Shown here piece by piece: positions 58,804 to 64,000 of a stretch of 64,000 nucleotides of DNA. Numbering within the stretch: the first letter of the stretch is position 1; each line of letters opens with the position of its first letter. A program made the translations under genes and the position numbers. The stretch is taken from assembly GCF_902464545.1 (NCBI RefSeq), contig NZ_CABQJR010000011.1, positions 3,001 through 67,000 of the forward strand, in the 5' to 3' direction. The notes under the pieces are model-generated. The model ran no database searches. It worked only from the letters and a program-made list of their open reading frames with translations, and had not been told where the DNA came from. This DNA comes from an uncultured Senegalimassilia sp. (GTDB lineage Bacteria > Actinomycetota > Coriobacteriia > Coriobacteriales > Eggerthellaceae).

Positions 58804-60189
58804 ATGGGCCAGGTTTCATTCGGCACCGTATTGCGCGAAGCGCGTGAGCGGAAGGGCTACGACGTGCAGTCGGCCGCTCGTCGGCTGCGCATCCGCCCCG
58901 ACATCCTCCGCGCCCTCGAGAATAATGATTTTTCCCGTTTGCCTGCGCGAGGCTATACGCGCAACATGGTGAACGCATATGCGAAGCTGGTCGGTCTCAA
59001 CCCTGCCGACATCACGCGTATGTATCTCGATGATGCATACGCCTACCAGGTTGGACGCACCCGTGGCGAATCCGATTCGCCTGCGCATGTTTCGGGTCGT
59101 AGGTCGGTGTCGCGCGGCGACGGGCGTCATGATGGTCGTGGGCAAGGTTCGCAGCGCTCATCGCGCTACAGTGAAGACCGCTCCGGCGATGGTCGTCGTT
59201 CGCAGCGTACCCAGCGAGGTCAGCGCCAGGGCACCCAACGCATGCCGCGTCGTGAGCAGCAGCCGCAACGAGAATATCGCGAGTTGCTTGCTTCGCGAGC
59301 GGCACGCGCCGAGAACGAAAGCCGTCGCTCCAACCATTTCGGCGGCGCTGTCACCACGCAGTTCACCAATTTCTATTCCGGTTCGCAGAACAATGCGGGT
59401 CGCGGGATGCAAGCGCGATTGCCCTATGTCGCGGTCATCGTGGTCATCTTGCTGCTGCTCGTCATCATCGTGGCGCTTGCATTTGGAAACCGCGGTGCGG
59501 CCTCCACGCAAGACGTGGCGAAGGTCCCCATTACCGGCGTCACCGACACCTCGGCGGATGGCAGCGGCGTCACCCAGGAGAACCCAAACAACAGCAACAG
59601 CGGCAACAACAGCAACGATTCGGAATCCAAGGCATCTTCAACGGAAACCGTGCCTACAAGCGTAAAGGTGGAGTACAAGTTGGCCAAGGGCCAGCAAGCT
59701 TACGTCGTCATCACGGAGGATGGACAGGCGACCGAGCAGATGCTCACCGGACCGGTAGATACAACGGTCGACGTCTCTGGCACCTGGAGCTTGGCTACCT
59801 GGGTCTCGTCCGGCTTTACCGTCACCATGGACGGCAAAGAGGTTGAATTCACCAGCGATGCGACCACGGGCATGCCCACGGCCACGGTGAACTTCAAGGA
59901 TTACCTTGCCTCTTGGGCGAAAGACCATCCTGACGTGAAGGTCGAGGGGCTTGATAGCTCCAGCACCTCCTCGAGCAACACTGGGTCTACCTCGTCCACT
60001 ACGAACTCGGCATCAAGCGGTCTCTCGTCGCAGTCGGCTACCGGCACCGGTTCGTCGGTCGGTTCTTCGACGTCATCGACGGGAACCGGGTCGGCCAGCA
60101 CCTCCGGCACCGGTTCTACCACAACGAGCGGCACCGGATCCGGCACAACGGGAACCCAGTACTCGTCATCAACGTATTCGTCTTACTAG
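58804..60189 (+). CDS. RodZ-like HTH membrane protein with DUF4115-type domain and Ser/Thr/Gly-rich tail
   Basis: N-terminal HTH FGTVLREARERKGYDVQSAARRLRIRPDILRALE. Arg/Gln/Ser-rich linker, TM VAVIVVILLLLVIIVALAF, and a C-terminal tail STSSSNTGSTSSTTNS... Confidence 0.75.
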   Translation: MGQVSFGTVLREARERKGYDVQSAARRLRIRPDILRALENNDFSRLPARGYTRNMVNAYAKLVGLNPADITRMYLDDAYAYQVGRTRGESDSPAHVSGRRSVSRGDGRHDGRGQGSQRSSRYSEDRSGDGRRSQRTQRGQRQGTQRMPRREQQPQREYRELLASRAARAENESRRSNHFGGAVTTQFTNFYSGSQNNAGRGMQARLPYVAVIVVILLLLVIIVALAFGNRGAASTQDVAKVPITGVTDTSADGSGVTQENPNNSNSGNNSNDSESKASSTETVPTSVKVEYKLAKGQQAYVVITEDGQATEQMLTGPVDTTVDVSGTWSLATWVSSGFTVTMDGKEVEFTSDATTGMPTATVNFKDYLASWAKDHPDVKVEGLDSSSTSSSNTGSTSSTTNSASSGLSSQSATGTGSSVGSSTSSTGTGSASTSGTGSTTTSGTGSGTTGTQYSSSTYSSY

Positions 60190-60205
60190 TTGAAAGGCAA
60201 ACATC

Positions 60206-60703
60206 ATGGCCAAGGAATCTAGCTTCGATGTAGTGTCCACCGTCGATATGCAGGAAATCGACAATGCATATCAGCAAGCGAAGAAGGAGCTGACGCAGCG
60301 CTACGACCTGAAAGGCTCCGGCGCCGAGCTGTCGCTCGACAAGCAGAAGAAGACCATCACGGTGGCGGCTCCTGCCGATTTCGTGGCTCGCCAGGTGATC
60401 GATATCATGGGCAGCAAGCTCATCAAGCGAGGCATCGATCTGGCCGCCGTCAAATGGGGCGACCCTCAAGCGGCTACCGGTCAAAGCGTGCGTCAGACGG
60501 CAACCATCGTTGAAGGCATCGACAAGGAAACGGCCGGCAAGATCAACAAGGATATCAAGGCGCAAAAGCTCAAGGTGAAGGTCACCATCGAAGGCGATAA
60601 GCTGCGTGTCTCCTCCGCTTCCCGCGATACGCTTCAAGAGGTTATCGCATTCTTGAAGGGCCAGGATTACGGCCAGCCGCTCCAGTACGTTAACTATCGC
60701 TAA
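60206..60703 (+). CDS. yajQ: YajQ-family nucleotide-binding protein (UPF0234)
   Basis: 165 aa, MAKESSFDVVSTVDMQEIDNAYQQAKKELTQRYDLKGS... Confidence 0.88.
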   Translation: MAKESSFDVVSTVDMQEIDNAYQQAKKELTQRYDLKGSGAELSLDKQKKTITVAAPADFVARQVIDIMGSKLIKRGIDLAAVKWGDPQAATGQSVRQTATIVEGIDKETAGKINKDIKAQKLKVKVTIEGDKLRVSSASRDTLQEVIAFLKGQDYGQPLQYVNYR

Positions 60704-60711
60704 GGATTTCC

Positions 60712-62058
60712 GTGGAAACCGAAAACGTGTTTGAAATCGAGAGCCCTCGCGTCGCATTCGTCACCATGGGCTGCGCGAAAAACGAGGTAGATACCCAGCG
60801 CATGCAATCGCAGCTCAGCCGTCGCGGCTTCGTGATCGAGCAAGATCCTGTAGCCGCCGACGCCGTGGTGGTGAACACCTGCTCGTTCATCCAAAGCGCC
60901 ACCGAGGAAAGCCTTGAAGCCATCTTCGAGGTTGCGGGCATGCCCAACGTGGCTGCGGGCGCTGCGCTCATCGTCGCCGGCTGCATGCCCGCTCGTTACG
61001 GGCAAGACCTGGAATCCGAGCTTTCCGAGGCCTCCGCATTCGTTCCGTGCAGCAAGGAAGACGATATCGTTCAGGTCATCGCCCAGGCGCTTGACATTGA
61101 TGAGGCGCACCTGGAGCGCATGAAGGCCGCCATGCTCGGAGCCGTGCCCGAAGGCGCAATCGCAATCAATGGCTCGCGTGCCGTTTCGGCTTACGTGAAG
61201 ATTTCGGATGGATGCGACCGCTTCTGCTCGTATTGCACCATTCCCTATATTCGCGGCAGGTATCACAGCTTCGACTACGAAACCGTACGCGCGGATGTGG
61301 CCGATCGCGTGTCTGAAGGGGTTAAGGAAATCGTCCTGATCGCTCAGGATACGGGGCGCTGGGGTCAGGACTTCGAGGATGCTTCAAGCCTGGCATGGCT
61401 TGTGGGCACGCTTGCTGATGAATTCGCCGATACCTGGTTCCGCGTCATGTACATCCAGCCCGAGGGAATCACCGACGAGCTGCTGCACACCGTAGCCGAG
61501 CATGACAATATCTGCTCATATTTCGACATCCCGCTTCAGCATGTTCAGCCGAGCATCCTGAAGGCCATGCATCGCAAGGGATCGCGCGAAGAATATGAAT
61601 CGCTGGTGGAACGCATTCGCCGCATCGTCCCCGAGGTAACGCTGCGCACTACGCTTATCGCTGGTTTTCCTGGCGAAACCGAAGAGGACTTCGACGAGCT
61701 TTGCGATTTCGTTGAAGAGGGCTTTTTCGATTACATCGGCGTGTTCGCGTACTCGCGTGAAGAGGGAACCCGTGCATACGATCTGTCTGATCAGATCGAT
61801 GACGATGAGAAGGCTTACCGTGCGCAACGGTTGCGCGACCTTGCGGACGATGTTTGTACGCCGCTTGTCGCCTCCCGCGTCGGGAAAACCATGGACGTGC
61901 TCGTCGAAGGCAGGGAAGAGGATGGCCAGCTGTTCGGCCGCGCGATGTGCCAAGCCCCCGAAGTCGATGGCGTAACCTATGTCGACAACGGCGAGCCGGG
62001 CGATATCGTCCGAGCCACCATAACCGATACGCTGTTGTATGAAATGGAAGGCGAATAG
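60712..62058 (+). CDS. rimO: ribosomal protein S12 methylthiotransferase RimO (radical SAM)
   Basis: GTG start. Motif TMGCAKNEVDTQ, radical-SAM CDRFCSYC and a TRAM C-terminus. Confidence 0.88.
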   Translation: METENVFEIESPRVAFVTMGCAKNEVDTQRMQSQLSRRGFVIEQDPVAADAVVVNTCSFIQSATEESLEAIFEVAGMPNVAAGAALIVAGCMPARYGQDLESELSEASAFVPCSKEDDIVQVIAQALDIDEAHLERMKAAMLGAVPEGAIAINGSRAVSAYVKISDGCDRFCSYCTIPYIRGRYHSFDYETVRADVADRVSEGVKEIVLIAQDTGRWGQDFEDASSLAWLVGTLADEFADTWFRVMYIQPEGITDELLHTVAEHDNICSYFDIPLQHVQPSILKAMHRKGSREEYESLVERIRRIVPEVTLRTTLIAGFPGETEEDFDELCDFVEEGFFDYIGVFAYSREEGTRAYDLSDQIDDDEKAYRAQRLRDLADDVCTPLVASRVGKTMDVLVEGREEDGQLFGRAMCQAPEVDGVTYVDNGEPGDIVRATITDTLLYEMEGE

Positions 62059-62061
62059 CCC

Positions 62062-63285
62062 ATGCACAAGCTGCAAGTGGAAGCCGCGCCGCAAGCTGCT
62101 ACAAATTTGTGGACGCCGGCTAACATCGTCACGCTCATCCGCATATGCTTGGTTCCCGTGTTCGTCGTTGTGCTCTTGAGCCCTTGGCCGCAGTGGTTCC
62201 ATCTGCCTGATCTGGCAGAACACTCCAAAAGCCTCATCGCTGCCGCCATCTTCGTGCTGATTTCTTGCACTGACTGGCTTGATGGGTATTTGGCGCGAAG
62301 CCGCGGCGAAGTCACCGACTTCGGCAAGTTCATGGATCCGCTTGCCGATAAAATCCTGGTCATGGCGGCCCTCTTGGCATTGATTGAACTTGGGTCGCTA
62401 CCAAGCTGGGTCGCGCTCATCATCGCTGCGCGTGAATTCATCGTCTCGGGCGTGCGCATGGTGGCGGCCAGCAAGGGCACCGTCATCTCCGCTAGCTGGT
62501 ACGGCAAGTTCAAGACGGTGTTCCAGATGATCGCTATCGTGTTGTTCACCATCAAGGACAGCTACATGATGGGCACGCTTGTCGAGGCGTTTTCGGATGT
62601 GATGTGGGTTATCAGCTGGATCGTCATGGCGATCGCCTTACTGCTGACGGTCGTATCGATGCTCGATTACATTTCAAAGGCGCGCGAACTTATCGGGTTA
62701 GGTCCCTCAAAGCGAGCAAAGCGCAAGCAGAAGGCCGAAAGCGAGCAAAGCGAAAGCATCGAAGAGCCGCACGTAGGCGTGAGGATTGCAGATATCGAGC
62801 ATCTTGCGGCTCAGGTAATTTCGCATGCCAACGAACGGGGCATCACCATCGGCACCGCCGAAAGCCTTACCGGCGGTATGATCAGCACTGCGTTGACTTC
62901 GGTTTCCGGAAGCTCCGCCGTCGTGCGAGGCGGCATCACCAGTTACGCAACCGGAGTGAAATCCGATGTGCTTGATGTGCCTGAGTCGGTTATCAACGAA
63001 TTCGGCGTGGTCAGCACGCAAGTTGCCCGCCATATGGCGCAGGGCGCGTGTAAGGACCTGACCTGCAACGTAGCCGTTGCCGTCACCGGCATTGCGGGCC
63101 CGTCCGGGGCGGAACCGGGAAAGCCCGTCGGGACCGTCTGCTTCGCCTGTGCAAGTGACGCCGGGATCACTGCTCAGCGGAAGCATTTCGAGGGGGATCG
63201 CAACCAGGTTCGCATGCAAACCACCTTTGAGGCCCTGCGTATGATCGATGCGGCGGTGTGCGGGCAGCAGCAGGCAGAAAGCTAG
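62062..63285 (+). CDS. pgsA: fusion: CDP-diacylglycerol--glycerol-3-phosphate 3-phosphatidyltransferase (PgsA) plus CinA/PncC-type C-terminal domain
   Basis: One uninterrupted 407-aa ORF. CDP-alcohol phosphotransferase motif DWLDGYLARSRGEVTDFGKFMDPLADK in the N-terminal half. A Lys/Glu-rich linker (KRAKRKQKAESEQSES) is followed by the CinA motif GTAESLTGG ... VTGIAGPSG. Confidence 0.85.
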   Translation: MHKLQVEAAPQAATNLWTPANIVTLIRICLVPVFVVVLLSPWPQWFHLPDLAEHSKSLIAAAIFVLISCTDWLDGYLARSRGEVTDFGKFMDPLADKILVMAALLALIELGSLPSWVALIIAAREFIVSGVRMVAASKGTVISASWYGKFKTVFQMIAIVLFTIKDSYMMGTLVEAFSDVMWVISWIVMAIALLLTVVSMLDYISKARELIGLGPSKRAKRKQKAESEQSESIEEPHVGVRIADIEHLAAQVISHANERGITIGTAESLTGGMISTALTSVSGSSAVVRGGITSYATGVKSDVLDVPESVINEFGVVSTQVARHMAQGACKDLTCNVAVAVTGIAGPSGAEPGKPVGTVCFACASDAGITAQRKHFEGDRNQVRMQTTFEALRMIDAAVCGQQQAES

Positions 63286-63348
63286 GCTTGGTCCCTTAGC
63301 GTGCAACGGCGCAGGCCATGCACGGAAGCGTCGATAACAGCAAACAAT

Positions 63349-63396
63349 CGAACAGGTTCACCAGACAACCGTGCAAGGCTCTGGTGAACCTGTTCG
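63349..63396 (+). terminator. 17-bp perfect inverted repeat after pgsA-cinA (probable terminator)
   Basis: CGAACAGGTTCACCAGA (63349-63365) / TCTGGTGAACCTGTTCG (63380-63396) with a 14-nt loop, followed by GTATTTCGGG. Confidence 0.5.
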
Positions 63397-63471
63397 GTAT
63401 TTCGGGCAAGAGTTGTGCAAGAAGCTGGAGCTATGATGGTGACAAGTCGTACCGATGTTTGCATTTGGTAC

Positions 63472-63499
63472 TTGACTATGAAACAGGCGTTCGTATAAT
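63472..63499 (+). promoter_or_regulatory. near-consensus sigma-70-type promoter of recA with an embedded LexA-box-like half site
   Basis: TTGACT (63472-63477), 16-nt spacer, TATAAT (63494-63499). The spacer contains GAAAC-AGGC-GTTCG (63480-63493) versus the Gram-positive SOS box CGAAC-N4-GTTCG. Confidence 0.5.
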
Positions 63500-63541
63500 C
63501 AATAGCGTTGCAAAGCAGCGCAAAGGAAGGGTAACCAGCGC

Positions 63542-64000
63542 ATGAACGAAGAAAAATCCAAGATGCTCAAGGTCACAACCGACCAAATCGAATCTAAGTT
63601 CGGCAAAGGCTCCATCATGAAATACGGTGATGGTGGCCATGACCTGAACATCGGCGCTATACCCACCGGCGCATTGCCGCTTGATGCAGCGCTGGGGATC
63701 GGCGGCGTTCCGAGGGGTCGAATCATCGAGGTGTACGGACCTGAGTCCAGCGGCAAAACCACGCTGGCGCTGCAAATCCTTGCCGAGGCGCAAGCGCTCG
63801 GCGGTGTCGTGGCGTTCATCGACGCGGAACATGCGCTCGACCCGGTCTATGCAGCCCGTTTGGGCGTGGATATCGATGACGTGCTCATATCCCAGCCCGA
63901 TTTCGGAGAGCAAGCGCTTGAAATCTGCGATATGCTCGTCCGATCAGGGGCAATTGATTGCGTCGTCATCGACTCCGTCGCGGCATTGGTTCCCCGAGCC
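63542..64000 (+). CDS. recA: recombinase RecA (5' part, runs off the window)
   Basis: Absent from the ORF track because there is no stop in the window. My translation: [30 protein letters not shown]...[19 protein letters not shown]...[11 protein letters not shown]...[13 protein letters not shown]...[13 protein letters not shown]. 153 codons, in frame to the window end. Confidence 0.95.
   Translation, partial: MNEEKSKMLKVTTDQIESKFGKGSIMKYGDGGHDLNIGAIPTGALPLDAALGIGGVPRGRIIEVYGPESSGKTTLALQILAEAQALGGVVAFIDAEHALDPVYAARLGVDIDDVLISQPDFGEQALEICDMLVRSGAIDCVVIDSVAALVPRA

Noticed and set aside
63349-63396. Calling the hairpin arms bona fide LexA boxes
   Set aside because: The spacing is GAAC-N2-GTTC rather than the N4 of known Gram-positive and actinobacterial SOS boxes. 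A terminator role explains the structure more simply, so I kept it only as a low-interest observation.

Overview
GC-rich, tightly packed and mostly plus-strand chromosomal segment. Its synteny (mihF-gmk-rpoZ, hrcA-dnaJ, phoH-ybeY-dgkA-era-recO, rpsO-pnp, dapBA-rnj-ftsK ... pgsA/cinA-recA) and anaerobe-type genes suggest an Actinomycetota genome of Coriobacteriia/Eggerthellaceae type; this is inferred from gene content only, with no search run. Three blocks are visible. (1) 1-12.3 kb is a selenium-utilisation locus: tRNA-Sec (selC), selB, selA, an FNT anion channel, an HgdB/double-cubane-type Fe-S reductase gene, yedF, a DUF3343 Se/S-carrier gene, a selenocysteine-containing selD (in-frame UGA, so truncated in the ORF track), an HgdC-type ATPase activator, a NifS-like class V aminotransferase and a GT4 glycosyltransferase. 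(2) 12.5-25.9 kb is a PyrR-controlled pyrimidine operon (pyrR-pyrB-pyrC / carA-carB-pyrK-pyrD-pyrF). Two antisense tandem MFS paralogs split it, and each half has its own PyrR-binding RNA motif. (3) 26-64 kb holds housekeeping genes: mihF, gmk, rpoZ, thiI, comEA-comEC-holA, rpsT, lepA, dus, hemW, hrcA, dnaJ, rsmE, mtaB, phoH, ybeY, dgkA, era, a kinase-less PASTA protein, recO, rpsO, pnp, dapB, dapA, rnj, ftsK, a RodZ-like gene, yajQ, rimO, a pgsA-cinA fusion and the 5' part of recA. I saw no rRNA, CRISPR array, transposase/integrase or prophage genes. The most interesting candidate is the ATP-driven low-potential reductase pair (HgdB/DCCP-like plus HgdC-like activase) bracketing the yedF-DUF3343-selD(Sec) module, together with the neighbouring FNT channel and the aminotransferase-glycosyltransferase pair. 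All functional calls rest on motifs read by eye and remembered family knowledge; no database search was possible.
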